Part shown: piece after piece, positions 27,640 to 37,289 of the stretch
Layout: every line of letters starts with the position of its first letter
Position numbering within the stretch: position 1 is the first letter of the stretch
IMG/VR virus record: IMGVR_UViG_3300037400_002787
Location: 1-64,000 of that record
DNA length: 64,000 nucleotides
Strand: one strand, 5' to 3'
Origin: a virus
Taxonomy: Duplodnaviria; Heunggongvirae; Uroviricota; Caudoviricetes
Translations under genes and position numbers: made by a program
Notes under the pieces: generated by a model
The model's database searches: none
The model's input: the letters and a program-made list of their open reading frames with translations, nothing else
What the model was told of the DNA's origin: nothing

Positions 27640-27957
27640 ATGTTTACTACTTTTTGGACTTGGTTTATAGGACTTTTTCCAAGGGAGAAGATAGGAGTCC
27701 TTTTTCTAGTTCTCTTCAAGAGCGGAATGTCTACTGTTGCAGCCCAGATAGCTGACTTAGACCTTCAGAGGAAAGCATTGGAATATGTTAGGGAACTCGC
27801 AAAGAGAGAAGACCTCGATAACTTTCAGAAGGCTAAGGAGTTTAACAAAAAGATGGCTGAGTACGGTCTAATGTTGGGCAAGGCCCTATGTGAATCCGTA
27901 ATCAACTGTCTTAGAGAACTCGCAGTCAATGCACTAAAGGCCGAACGAGGAAGATGA
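27640..27957 (+). CDS. membrane-anchored hypothetical protein
   Basis: N-terminal TM FWTWFIGLF. ATGA overlap with the upstream gene. Confidence 0.5.
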   Translation: MFTTFWTWFIGLFPREKIGVLFLVLFKSGMSTVAAQIADLDLQRKALEYVRELAKREDLDNFQKAKEFNKKMAEYGLMLGKALCESVINCLRELAVNALKAERGR

Positions 27958-27968
27958 AGCGGCTATAT

Positions 27969-28009
27969 AGCGACAAGAGAAGCGGCATTCTGACGGATGT
28001 CGCTTTTTT
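27969..28009 (+). terminator. probable terminator
   Basis: gcgaca...tgtcgc stem followed by tttttt. Confidence 0.45.
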
Positions 28010-28021
28010 CTTTCTGCCCCC

Positions 28022-28051
28022 TTGAAATCCGCAACCTAAATATGATATAAT
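28022..28051 (+). promoter_or_regulatory. sigma70-type phage promoter driving a leaderless mRNA
   Basis: ccccTTGAAAtccgc, N, TGATATAAT ends 28051. ATG at 28058, 6 nt downstream. Confidence 0.65.
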
Positions 28052-28057
28052 TTCCAT

Positions 28058-28720
28058 ATGAGCGAAGACAATAAAGAATACTGGAAGCCGTCAGTGACGG
28101 CAGACGTCGTGGTTGTAGACATTCACCAGGCGAAGTTCCGCAAAGACGGGGCATACATCAACATACTCCTCATCAAGAGGTCTGACAGGAGCGATGCATT
28201 CCCGAACTGCTGGGCTCTCCCCGGAGGATTCCTCGACAAGGGCGAATCCATAGATCAGTGTGCCGCAAGGGAACTCAAAGAGGAAACCGGCCTTGAAGCC
28301 GAGAACCTTATGCCTGTCGGCGTCTATTCCAATCCTAGCCGAGACCCAAGGGGGCAGGTAATTTCCCATGCTTTCATGTCGGTTTTCCCCTCTACCGACG
28401 AGAACCCCCTTCCCGTCAAGGCGGGAGACGATGCCAAGGATTTCGGGCTATTCAATCTAAAGGGTAAGTTCTCCCGTGAAGATGGAACCCTCAATGTTCG
28501 GCTTCGCTGTCCCGAGAACAATAAAGTCATTGAGTTCAAGGCAACCTTCTCACAGGGAGCCCTTGGCCTCCTACAGACTAAGATAGAATACAAGAGCGAC
28601 GACAAGTTGGCATTCGACCATGCGGAAATCATCGCAAGGGCGATTCTTCGGACACCTGACCTGGTAATGCCGACCTCAACAAAGCCGATGCAATCTGAAG
28701 AGAAGTCTAAAGAGAAATAA
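28058..28720 (+). CDS. NUDIX hydrolase
   Basis: Nudix box GGFLDKGESIDQCAARELKEETGL (Gx5Ex7REUxEExGU). Confidence 0.8.
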   Translation: MSEDNKEYWKPSVTADVVVVDIHQAKFRKDGAYINILLIKRSDRSDAFPNCWALPGGFLDKGESIDQCAARELKEETGLEAENLMPVGVYSNPSRDPRGQVISHAFMSVFPSTDENPLPVKAGDDAKDFGLFNLKGKFSREDGTLNVRLRCPENNKVIEFKATFSQGALGLLQTKIEYKSDDKLAFDHAEIIARAILRTPDLVMPTSTKPMQSEEKSKEK

Positions 28721-28736
28721 ACTTCTCTATACCCCC

Positions 28737-28766
28737 TTTACAACTGACCGCAAGATATGCTATAAT
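28737..28766 (+). promoter_or_regulatory. sigma70-type phage promoter
   Basis: cccccTTTACAactgaccg, N, TGCTATAAT. Confidence 0.65.
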
Positions 28767-28798
28767 TTCTTGCGGTCACGGGAAAAAGGAGAAACAAT

Positions 28799-29038
28799 AT
28801 GGAGTTGTTAGTTATATATGTTATTGGCATTCCGATAATGTTTGCATTTCTTGCAAAGAGGCTTGGAGAAGACACCTCCGAGGAGCACGATATGTCACGA
28901 GGAAGGATTATGATGAGCCTCCTGTGGCCTCTATTCCTTCCTATAATTATTTTTATGTGGCTGCAGACCGAATCCGAGGAGAGAAAGGAAAGAGAGCGGT
29001 CGGCAGAATGGAAGCGGCGAGCGAGAGGAGAAAATTGA
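28799..29038 (+). CDS. small membrane protein
   Basis: Two TM segments. SD aaaggagaaacaatATG. Confidence 0.45.
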   Translation: MELLVIYVIGIPIMFAFLAKRLGEDTSEEHDMSRGRIMMSLLWPLFLPIIIFMWLQTESEERKERERSAEWKRRARGEN

Positions 29039-29039
29039 T

Positions 29040-29255
29040 ATGTGGCAGAAACTATTATATGGATATGCTGTTGTAGCGATAACACTATTCGTATGTATAG
29101 TATTTCAGGGGAAGATTCTCAAGAAGGACTTGGGTAATGGAGTGAAGTTGGGATTTCTCAATTCGTTCATTCTATCATTCCTCTGGCCGATTTCAGTGAC
29201 AGTGACTTTCTTGGGTGTGGGCTATGAGGTAGTTCGTACCTGGAAGCGGCTTTAA
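29040..29255 (+). CDS. small membrane protein
   Basis: Hydrophobic 71-aa ORF, ATG overlapping the upstream stop. Confidence 0.45.
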   Translation: MWQKLLYGYAVVAITLFVCIVFQGKILKKDLGNGVKLGFLNSFILSFLWPISVTVTFLGVGYEVVRTWKRL

Positions 29256-29296
29256 TTTCAATACCAAAAAAACAACAAGGAAAGAAAGAAGAAAAA

Positions 29297-30400
29297 ATGA
29301 CTAACTGTTCGGAGTATGTTTCTACAGCTCATAGCGACAAAACGGCTGATGCCATTGCATCTCACCTGCTTGATGAGTACATCAAGCATGACCCCAAGGT
29401 GAGGTTCGCACTTGAGGTTCAGTTGAAAGACCACATCTGCAACCTTGCGGGCGAGGTCACTTCAACTTGGAAGCCATCTGACGATATTATTGCCGAACTT
29501 GTAAGGGGGGCAATCCGCAAGGTGGGCTACACGGCTGAGTATGCCGCCAAGTGGCCTGAAGGTGCAACCCTTAATGCAGACAAGGTTGTTGTAAACAACT
29601 TCATAGGGCAGCAGTCTCCAGACATTGCACAGGGTGTTGATGTTGACGGATGGGGTGATCAAGGTTGCTTCGCGGGAATGGCCACAAACGAAGAGCGGTA
29701 TAATTACCTTCCTCGCGATGTTTACTTCGCCCGTGAGATTGGCAAGCGGCTTTATCGTGCGGCAAAGGCCGGAACCGCTCCCATCGGACTCGACATCAAG
29801 ACCTTGGTTTCTACTACTAATGCACTCAATGTGGAGCAGGTCATAGTAGCGGCCCCGATGTTGCCCGAGAATGAACAGGAAGCAAGGTCTTTCATTGAGA
29901 AGACCGTGAAGGAAGTCCTTGACGAACGGCATCATATCTGCGACGAAATCATCATCAACGGCACAGGGGCTTATGTAGTCCACTCTTCCGTAGGAGATGC
30001 GGGGGTGGTAGGTAGGAAGTTGGCGGTAGACTTCTACGGGCTGAATTGTCCGATAGGTGGAGGCGCAACTTTTGGCAAGGACGGCACAAAGGCAGATGTG
30101 ACATTGAACCTATATGCTAGATATCGGTCACTCAAGACCATTCTCGCTAGGGGAGGAGTGTTCGACAAGGTGTATACGAAGATTGGGTGCTGCATAGGAA
30201 AGAGCAAGTGCCTTCTGTCACAGGAAGATCAAGACCACAAGATGTTTAACCAAGAGGCTGTTGACATCAAGCCGTCAGAGACGGCAAAGTTGTTCGGTCT
30301 TGATGGAAGTGGTCGTGATGATATGTTCTTCCACCTCTGCGAGGACGGACTGTTTTCGTTTGTGGACGAACTTGCCAAGACGGAAGTGGAGAATAACTAA
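29297..30400 (+). CDS. metK: S-adenosylmethionine synthetase (methionine adenosyltransferase)
   Basis: AHSDKTADAIAS (GHPDKxCDQISD), GQQSPDIAQGVD (GKQSPDINQGVD), GWGDQG (GAGDQG), GDAGVVGRKLAVDFYG, GGGATFGKDGTKADV (GGGAFSGKDPSKVDRS). Confidence 0.8.
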   Translation: MTNCSEYVSTAHSDKTADAIASHLLDEYIKHDPKVRFALEVQLKDHICNLAGEVTSTWKPSDDIIAELVRGAIRKVGYTAEYAAKWPEGATLNADKVVVNNFIGQQSPDIAQGVDVDGWGDQGCFAGMATNEERYNYLPRDVYFAREIGKRLYRAAKAGTAPIGLDIKTLVSTTNALNVEQVIVAAPMLPENEQEARSFIEKTVKEVLDERHHICDEIIINGTGAYVVHSSVGDAGVVGRKLAVDFYGLNCPIGGGATFGKDGTKADVTLNLYARYRSLKTILARGGVFDKVYTKIGCCIGKSKCLLSQEDQDHKMFNQEAVDIKPSETAKLFGLDGSGRDDMFFHLCEDGLFSFVDELAKTEVENN

Positions 30401-30415
30401 AAGGAGCATCAAACA

Positions 30416-30709
30416 ATGGCTACAAAAACAAAAGCAACAAAAGCGGTAAAGAAGACAACTTCTACAAAGACCGTCAAAAAGCGCGAAACAACCGCAGACC
30501 TCAAGAAAAAGATTGCCGAACTCGAGAACCGATTGAACAAGACTCTGGAAGAACACGGGAATCTTCTGTCTGCTACTGCCAACATTACCCAGAAACTGGA
30601 TGTAATGCTCGGACAGATGCTCAAGGCTCTTTTCATAGTTGGAATTGGGCCTGACGAACTTATGGCTAAGTGCCAGCAGATGTTCCGAAAGAATGTGGTT
30701 GCTGACTAA
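30416..30709 (+). CDS. hypothetical protein (Lys/Thr-rich N-terminus, coiled coil)
   Basis: SD aaaaggagcatcaaacaATG. Confidence 0.5.
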   Translation: MATKTKATKAVKKTTSTKTVKKRETTADLKKKIAELENRLNKTLEEHGNLLSATANITQKLDVMLGQMLKALFIVGIGPDELMAKCQQMFRKNVVAD

Positions 30710-30725
30710 TAGGATGTAAAGTTCT

Positions 30726-30953
30726 ATGTATTTAGTGATGGCCGGCAACATAGCGGATTCTCTTGTGCGGACAATAACACAAGCACTTCCGTATGTAGAC
30801 AAGGAAGTCCTCTTGGGTTGCATTAAAGAGGTTCTTCCTGAGCGAGGAATAATAATCGAAGCCACAAAAGAGGAACTTAGCAGCAACCCTAATTTGTGCA
30901 ATATGTTCTATAGGGAAGTTGAGGTGGTTCCTAAGGAGACTTTCAATGGCTAA
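30726..30953 (+). CDS. hypothetical small protein
   Basis: 75-aa ORF. Confidence 0.4.
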   Translation: MYLVMAGNIADSLVRTITQALPYVDKEVLLGCIKEVLPERGIIIEATKEELSSNPNLCNMFYREVEVVPKETFNG

Positions 30954-31329
30954 GTTCCTCAATCTTCCGATGAAGAAGAAGTGGTATGATATGATACTCT
31001 CCGGCGAGAAGAGACAGGAGTATCGTCTTGTCAAGCCATATTGGGAAACGAGAATCAAGAACTGGATAAAGCAGAATATCCCTGACCGTGCGAGGGACAC
31101 AACGATTATCTTGTGTGGGGATAAGGAAAGAGACACAGAGAGAAGGCTGCCAATCTGCTTTGTCAATGGATATGGGAAAGATGCGCCTCGTTTCATAGGC
31201 TACTGCTACTTCGTTGAGATAAGGAGAATTGGGCTGCAAAAAAAATGGGGCGAAGGGGAATACCATGGGATTCCACACTTTGTCTTGCATCTAGGGCATA
31301 TAGAAAAGGAAATCATCAATGGAAACTAA
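30946..31329 (+). CDS. ASCH/PUA-like domain protein
   Basis: LNLPMKKKWYDMILSGEKRQEYRLVKPYW resembles an ASCH-domain N-terminus. Confidence 0.4.
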   Translation: MAKFLNLPMKKKWYDMILSGEKRQEYRLVKPYWETRIKNWIKQNIPDRARDTTIILCGDKERDTERRLPICFVNGYGKDAPRFIGYCYFVEIRRIGLQKKWGEGEYHGIPHFVLHLGHIEKEIINGN

Positions 31330-31522
31330 TGAAGAGTGTTGTGCAAAATGCATCTACTGGAAAGAGAACCAGTATCGCGGAATGGCATCATTGAGCGAAG
31401 AACTGATAATGGGGAAGTGCCATAGGAATCCGCCCTCTACTGACGGGCATCTTTCATTCTTCCCCGAAACCAAGTCTTCTGAATGGTGTGGGGAGTGCAA
31501 GCTGTCAAAGAAAGGAAAGTAA
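31319..31522 (+). CDS. small Cys-rich protein
   Basis: CCAKC...CGEC. Confidence 0.45.
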   Translation: METNEECCAKCIYWKENQYRGMASLSEELIMGKCHRNPPSTDGHLSFFPETKSSEWCGECKLSKKGK

Positions 31523-31799
31523 TTATGGTAGCGAAAAAAAGGGTGAATACGATAAAGAAGGTGTTAGAAAAGATGCGCCAGACTGGTTCAAAAGGCTAGT
31601 TAACGAATATAGAGAACTAGTCGAAAAAAGAACCAAATTAGGGAAGTTTCTCCTAACAAAGCCTTTCCCGAAAGAGGTGAGTGATATACAAAGAACCCGC
31701 AAGATAGATGCCGAATCTTCAGTTCGGCATGTGAATTGCGGAGCGATATACAGAAAGAGCGGCAAAGGCACAATCAAGTATACAAGGCTTGAACAATAG
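31488..31799 (+). CDS. hypothetical protein (GTG start, overlaps upstream gene; start uncertain)
   Basis: 104-codon ORF with no in-frame ATG near the 5' end. Confidence 0.3.
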   Translation: MGSASCQRKESNYGSEKKGEYDKEGVRKDAPDWFKRLVNEYRELVEKRTKLGKFLLTKPFPKEVSDIQRTRKIDAESSVRHVNCGAIYRKSGKGTIKYTRLEQ

Positions 31800-33280
31800 G
31801 CAATAAGTAGATGAAGTCAGACGAGACCAGGAAGTGCGGATGTTCCGCAGAGAGGCGGCAGAAGGTAAAGGAAAGCCGCAAAGCCACCGCCATCAGGAGG
31901 CGGGGGCAGATGGGTTTCGTCTACGAGTGCAAGATAGTGGAGAGTCGGCTCAACAAGAGGCAGATGGAGGAACTTGAGCGGCTTTTCGTGGAGGGGAAGT
32001 GGTTCTACAACCATGTCTTGTCGCTCCATAGGGAAGGTGTGGGGTTGGGGGAGATTAATGCCACTGCCGTCAAGGAGGTGGGAAGGTTTGACAGGAACCA
32101 CGAGAAGAAGACAGAAAAACTTCAAGTGCTGACCGCTCAGGAGCGGCAGGGGATAATCGCCAGAATGGCCGCCAACGAGAAGACGATATCTGCCCTGGCG
32201 AAGAAGGGGTTGCAGGGAGGCGGGGAGTTGCATTTCCTGTCGGAGATGACGTGCATACCGCTGAAGCAGTACGGTGTGACATACAAGTTCAAGACGCCGA
32301 ACAAGGTGCGGATAGGGGGAATTAGCGGGAGTGTGCTGGTGCGGACTGGCGGACAGTTGGAAGGGGTGGACGAACTGGCGAATGCCAACCTCGTGCATAG
32401 GGCGGACGGCTACTTCCTCAAGGTCACGGGCTTCACAAACATAGAGAATCTAAAACAAACGGAAACGAACGGAAAGGAGATAGGGCTTGATTTTGGAATC
32501 AAGACCAGTGTGACGACATCGGAAGGCGAGAAGATTGACGTGCTAGTTGGAGAAAGCGAACGGCTCAAGCGGCTGCAGAAGGAACTATTCCGCAGGGCAA
32601 AGGGTTCGAACAACAGGTACAGGACAATCAAGAGGATTCGCCGCGAATACCAGAGACTGACGAACAGAAAAACCGACATGGCCAACAAAATTGTCTCGAA
32701 ACTGAAGAAATACAACACGATAGTGATGCAGGACGAGATGATTGTCGGGTGGCACAGGGGACTCTTCGGGAAGCAAGTCCAGCACAGTTGTCTAGGAATC
32801 CTGAAAGAAAAACTCATAAGGCTTCCGCAGACGATAGTGCTCGCCCGTGGAATCCCCACGACCAAGATGTGCCCCGTGTGCAAGACCGTGAACAGGTACG
32901 TCACCCTTGCGGACAGGACGTACAGGTGCGGTTGCGGCTACACCCAAGACCGCGACCTCCATGCCGCAAGGAACATGCTCGTCGTCAAGAATATGGTCTT
33001 TGGAAACAATTTGGAAAAACTACCGCTGGGACGGCGGAAAGTCACGCTCACAGAGTTCCGCACCTCTATCGGAGATGTAACAGTCTCCGACAAGCCGGAA
33101 CGCAGAAGTGGGAAGATGCCATGTCTTTAGCATGGCATAGAGTTCACAGCGGATTCTTCTAGAGAAGCAACTTATTGCAATGGATAAATATGCAACTATT
33201 CTTTTCGCTCGCATAAACCTTGCGGTTGGCGAATATTCTAAAAATAGAGACAAGAATCCATTAATGAGGAGTTCACTATG
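31800..33280 (+). mobile_element. IS200/605-family TnpB-only element 1 (boundaries approximate)
   Basis: Contains the tnpB gene. The 3' flank 33131-33277 is non-coding and would carry the omega/reRNA and RE. Confidence 0.5.
31910..33130 (+). CDS. tnpB: TnpB (OMEGA RNA-guided RuvC-like nuclease)
   Basis: RuvC-I IGLDFGIKT, RuvC-II region VMQDEMIV. C-terminal Zn finger plus RuvC-III CPVCKTVNRY...CGCGYTQDRDLHAARNM. Confidence 0.8.
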   Translation: MGFVYECKIVESRLNKRQMEELERLFVEGKWFYNHVLSLHREGVGLGEINATAVKEVGRFDRNHEKKTEKLQVLTAQERQGIIARMAANEKTISALAKKGLQGGGELHFLSEMTCIPLKQYGVTYKFKTPNKVRIGGISGSVLVRTGGQLEGVDELANANLVHRADGYFLKVTGFTNIENLKQTETNGKEIGLDFGIKTSVTTSEGEKIDVLVGESERLKRLQKELFRRAKGSNNRYRTIKRIRREYQRLTNRKTDMANKIVSKLKKYNTIVMQDEMIVGWHRGLFGKQVQHSCLGILKEKLIRLPQTIVLARGIPTTKMCPVCKTVNRYVTLADRTYRCGCGYTQDRDLHAARNMLVVKNMVFGNNLEKLPLGRRKVTLTEFRTSIGDVTVSDKPERRSGKMPCL

Positions 33281-33784
33281 ACAACATCAGAACTTATCAA
33301 ACGTGTAGAGCAAAGACTTAACAAGACGGGCAACCCTTCGCTCCCGCCAGAAGAAACTCTAAGGGCTATACTTGAACTCGGCAAAGAGCGAGATGCTGCC
33401 CTCAACGAGAAGCTCTCTATTCAGGACGAGATAGCCCAGCAGACCACAAAGATAGATGCTCTTGTCTCGCAGAAGGAGGAAGCGGAATTCCAGGCTAGAC
33501 AGGCTAAGGATGAAGCCAAGGAGCAGATGTGGATAGCCCACGAACTCGGCAACTTCATAAGGGATGTAGCCAATAGCATCTATGTTGGAAAAGAGGTTTC
33601 GGCAGCCAATAGGGTTTATGACCTCAACAAGGGGTCGCTTAGGAAGAAGCGGCTCAATGCCTACAACTTCAATTCTCTTCAGGAGGCGAAAGATGCCTTT
33701 GCGGAGTATTGTAGAGAAACGGGTGTCCCCATCAACGAGATAAATATGCTTTCGTGGCTATTCAGCTATGCCACAAGGCCGTAG
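33278..33784 (+). CDS. hypothetical coiled-coil protein
   Basis: SD aatgaggagttcactATG. Confidence 0.5.
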   Translation: MTTSELIKRVEQRLNKTGNPSLPPEETLRAILELGKERDAALNEKLSIQDEIAQQTTKIDALVSQKEEAEFQARQAKDEAKEQMWIAHELGNFIRDVANSIYVGKEVSAANRVYDLNKGSLRKKRLNAYNFNSLQEAKDAFAEYCRETGVPINEINMLSWLFSYATRP

Positions 33785-33887
33785 GTAGTGGTTAAAGGGT
33801 AGAGAAAGACCGCCGATTATATGCTAAGGCACATGTAAGGAGACGATACTGTGCTTCCAAAGGAAGAGACCATCATATTGGGCGGCA

Positions 33888-34463
33888 ATGCCAAAAAGCA
33901 GGCATAAAATAATAAGTAGAGCGGTAGCGGAAGCTGCCGCAAAGAAGAGGGCGGATGTAGTTGTTACACCGTCCTCTCCTACTCCATACATACCAAAACC
34001 GAAGACAAGAGTAGATGAGATTTACGACCTTATAGAGGAAGCAAGCAATCTGTGGTTTACGGACAAGGACGGAAGACCTTGGATTAACAGAGAGGATATA
34101 GAGGACAAAGGCGGAGGAATTTATGTAGTAAGGTTTAGATGTCCATTGGCTGTCCTTTACACTAGGGTGTCTCTAAATAGAGTTGTAGACAAGGTGTGTG
34201 AAACTCTAAAATCTGAAAAGCGGTATTTCTGCAAAGAAAGCGAGGTTGTCTATTTCAACTCAATCCATCAAAGGTTCTATGAGTGTGTATGGGTGATATG
34301 CGAAGGAGAAGTATCAGAAAAAGATGAAGAAGTAGACTGGGAGGACAATAACTGTGAGTCCTGCATAGACACTCAGGAGGAGATAGATGGCGAACTCACG
34401 GACGAGTCAACAGCCGAAGAGGTCGACTGCCGAATAGATGAAAGTTTGGAAAATTTCGTCTAG
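33888..34463 (+). CDS. hypothetical protein with acidic C-terminus
   Basis: 191-aa ORF. Confidence 0.5.
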   Translation: MPKSRHKIISRAVAEAAAKKRADVVVTPSSPTPYIPKPKTRVDEIYDLIEEASNLWFTDKDGRPWINREDIEDKGGGIYVVRFRCPLAVLYTRVSLNRVVDKVCETLKSEKRYFCKESEVVYFNSIHQRFYECVWVICEGEVSEKDEEVDWEDNNCESCIDTQEEIDGELTDESTAEEVDCRIDESLENFV

Positions 34464-34468
34464 CCCCC

Positions 34469-34498
34469 TTTACAACTGACCATAAGAAATGATATAAT
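34469..34498 (+). promoter_or_regulatory. sigma70-type phage promoter
   Basis: cccccTTTACAactgacca, N, TGATATAAT. Confidence 0.7.
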
Positions 34499-34535
34499 AT
34501 CAACAACTTCAAAGAACAAAAAGGACAAGACGAAA

Positions 34536-35771
34536 ATGAAACTCAATCCGATAATCAATAGCCTACTTGAAACCGACCAGTACAAGTTTTCGATGGGGCA
34601 GACTATCTACCACCAGTTCAACAAGGATGTGACTACCTGGGCTTTCAAGTGTCGTAACAAGAATGTTGTATTCACACCCGAGATGGTGCAGGAGATTCGG
34701 GAGCAGATTGCTCATTTCTGCACCCTTAGGTTCAAGGAGGAAGAACTGGAATGGATGAAGAATACAATTCCTTGGCTTAGCGGTGACTACATTTCGCATC
34801 TCCGTAGGTGGTATCCTAGGCGGGAGCAGATTTTTGTAGACGATGGAGAGATTACACGGAATTGTGAGCCGTGCGGTATGAGAATTACCGCTACAGGAGA
34901 ATGGCTCGACACTTCCATGTACGAGATACCTATTCTCGCTATTGTAAATGAGGTGTATTTCGCTTTCAAGTATGGTGCAGGAGCCCTAAATCGTGCTGCA
35001 CAGGATAGGTTTGAGAAGAAACTGTCCATGATGAAGAATGGATACTATGCCATTGGATGCTTCTCGGAGTTTGGTATGAGGAGAAGGTATTCCGCCCAGA
35101 TGCAGGATTGGATTGTGGGTAGCCTAGCACACTTCGGTACATCTTTCAACACCTTTGTCGGTACTTCCAATGTCTACCTTGCGAAAAAGCACGGAGTCAA
35201 GCCTGTGGGGACGATGGCACATGAGTTTATCCAAGTTGTGGGACAGGCTCACCACGAGCACAATCCCGCCTACTCCAATCACTATATGATGAAGGCTTGG
35301 GTCAAGGAATACGAGACTGATAATGGCATTGCACTCACGGACACCATTACGACAGACTGCTTCCTTCGGGACTTCAACAAGACCTATGCCACACTTTTTA
35401 GCGGTGTGAGGCACGATTCCAACGACCCGTTTGTGTGGGGCGAGAAAATGATTGCTCACTACAAGAAACTTGGCATCGACCCAATGACCAAGACACTCTT
35501 GTTCTCGGATAGCCTTGACTTTAACAAGGCAACACAGATTCGTAATTATTTTAGCGGCAAGGCAAGAGTTGCATTCGGCATCGGGACATACATTGCGAAC
35601 GACACAGGCAAGGAGCCGCTTAATATAGTGATGAAGGTGATAGAAGCGAATGGCTCACCGGTTGCAAAACTTTCCGATATTGATGGCAAGGGTATGTGCC
35701 GTGATATTGCTTATGTAGACTACCTCCGCCGCACAATCGACTGGCGTCTCGCACACGAGAAGGAGGTGTAA
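34536..35771 (+). CDS. pncB: nicotinate phosphoribosyltransferase
   Basis: LLETDQYKFSMGQ (LLDTDAYKLHMQQ), VGTMAHEFIQ, GIALTDTITTDCFLRDF, GVRHDSNDPFVWGEKMIAHYKKLGIDP, NIVMKVIEANGSPVAKLSD. Near colinear with E. coli PncB. Confidence 0.9.
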   Translation: MKLNPIINSLLETDQYKFSMGQTIYHQFNKDVTTWAFKCRNKNVVFTPEMVQEIREQIAHFCTLRFKEEELEWMKNTIPWLSGDYISHLRRWYPRREQIFVDDGEITRNCEPCGMRITATGEWLDTSMYEIPILAIVNEVYFAFKYGAGALNRAAQDRFEKKLSMMKNGYYAIGCFSEFGMRRRYSAQMQDWIVGSLAHFGTSFNTFVGTSNVYLAKKHGVKPVGTMAHEFIQVVGQAHHEHNPAYSNHYMMKAWVKEYETDNGIALTDTITTDCFLRDFNKTYATLFSGVRHDSNDPFVWGEKMIAHYKKLGIDPMTKTLLFSDSLDFNKATQIRNYFSGKARVAFGIGTYIANDTGKEPLNIVMKVIEANGSPVAKLSDIDGKGMCRDIAYVDYLRRTIDWRLAHEKEV

Positions 35772-35825
35772 TAATCTGTTACATAAGTCATAGTCATGGA
35801 TAGTAAATAATCCACAAATTGCCTA

Positions 35826-35853
35826 TTGCATCTTCCACAAAGATATGATACAA
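35826..35853 (+). promoter_or_regulatory. possible promoter for tnpB-2
   Basis: TTGCAT, N16, TGATACAAT. ATG 8 nt downstream. Confidence 0.35.
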
Positions 35854-35861
35854 TACAACCA

Positions 35862-37115
35862 ATGTTGAGAGGAATCCCGATACGTGTGTACCCGAACGAT
35901 GAGCAGAGAGCCTACATAAGTAGGCTCTTGGGCTGTTGTCGTTATGTGTACAACCATCTGCTTGCATTCCAGGAGAAGTTGTTCCTTGAAGAGAAGAGGG
36001 GTGCGAAGCAGTCGGAGATTACAGAATTCTACAATGAAGAGAAAACTCAGAACCAGTTTCTTCGCGAAGTCCACAGCAAAGTGCTTCAACAGTCCCGAAT
36101 AGACTTGCAGACGGCATGGGGAAACTACTTCAAGAGCCTAAAGAAGTCTAGCGGCAAGAAAGCGAACAAACCGATCTACCATAAGAAGGGCATCAAGGAA
36201 TCTTGTAGATTTCCCGTAGATGCTTTCATCGGCATCAGGGGCAACCGAATATCCATCATCAAGCCGTTGCGGGACATGCATTTCAAGTGCAGCAGACGGG
36301 ACGAGCGGTACTTGAACAAACACCAAGACGAAGTGAAGAGCATAACCCTGCGGAAGACGGGCGGTGGTAGGTATTACTGCTCCGTGCTAATAGATGACCG
36401 CCGCATACGGCCGTTGCCAAAGGAAGAGAAAGATGTAGGCATAGACCTAGGTGTGAAGGATTCTGCAATAACATCAGATGGGGACAAGTTCGAGAATCCC
36501 AAGGCATTGGCAAAGGTGGAGAAGCAGATAAAGAGGTGGGAGAGAATCAAGTCCCGTCGAGAGAGGGGAAGCAATAGGCGGAGAATGGCGGTAGCGAGAG
36601 TGTCCCGTCTGCACGAAAGGGCTTCCAACATACGAAAGGATTTCCAGCACAAGGCGACGACCCGAATAGTCCGCGAAAACCAAGCGGTCTATGTCGAAGA
36701 CCTCAATGTGGCTGGTATGATGAAGAACCACAAACTGGCAAAGGCGGTGGCAGATTCCTCTATGAGTGGATTAGTCCGAATGCTGGAGTACAAGTGCAAG
36801 TGGTACGGACGGGAACTGGTGAAGGTTGACAGATGGTATGCCAGCAGCCAGACCTGTTCGTGCTGCGGGTACAAGAACTCCGAGGTGAAGAACCTCAAAG
36901 TCAGGGAGTGGGTATGTCCCAAGTGCGGTAAGCATCACGACCGCGATGTGAATGCGGCTGTGAATGTGCTACATGAGGGGCGGAGAATCAGAGAGAATAA
37001 GGTAGGGCTGAGTTCGCCCGAACCTAACGCTCGTGGACAGGGCAACGGGGGAGTTTCCATGCCGCAAGGTGCGGAGACAGCCGTTCTGGACGAAGCGAGA
37101 AAGGAATGTGCCTAA
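35862..37115 (+). CDS. tnpB: TnpB (OMEGA RNA-guided RuvC-like nuclease)
   Basis: N-terminus [15 protein letters not shown], Ruv[12 protein letters not shown], Ruv[17 protein letters not shown]. Zn finger CSCCGY...CPKCG, Ruv[15 protein letters not shown]. Confidence 0.85.
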   Translation: MLRGIPIRVYPNDEQRAYISRLLGCCRYVYNHLLAFQEKLFLEEKRGAKQSEITEFYNEEKTQNQFLREVHSKVLQQSRIDLQTAWGNYFKSLKKSSGKKANKPIYHKKGIKESCRFPVDAFIGIRGNRISIIKPLRDMHFKCSRRDERYLNKHQDEVKSITLRKTGGGRYYCSVLIDDRRIRPLPKEEKDVGIDLGVKDSAITSDGDKFENPKALAKVEKQIKRWERIKSRRERGSNRRRMAVARVSRLHERASNIRKDFQHKATTRIVRENQAVYVEDLNVAGMMKNHKLAKAVADSSMSGLVRMLEYKCKWYGRELVKVDRWYASSQTCSCCGYKNSEVKNLKVREWVCPKCGKHHDRDVNAAVNVLHEGRRIRENKVGLSSPEPNARGQGNGGVSMPQGAETAVLDEARKECA

Positions 37116-37289
37116 TGTCTATCAATGACTATAGAACACGGAACTATCAGTTTCTACTGCAAGAAGACAAAGATGGAAAAGTACGAAGATGTGGAACTGA
37201 GGATACTTGGCAAAGGCGAGAAGGACGGACAACCCTTCTACTTCGAAACGGCGCAGACCAGCCTCTGAACCACAAGAAGGAGGTCTAAC

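Larger units (their letters stand above)
35782..37270 (+). mobile_element. IS200/605-family TnpB-only element 2 (boundaries approximate)
   Basis: TTAC at 35778-35781 immediately upstream. Non-coding 37116-37270 after tnpB, expected to carry the reRNA/RE. Inserted between pncB and the dCMP-deaminase/nadD/nadE genes. Confidence 0.5.
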
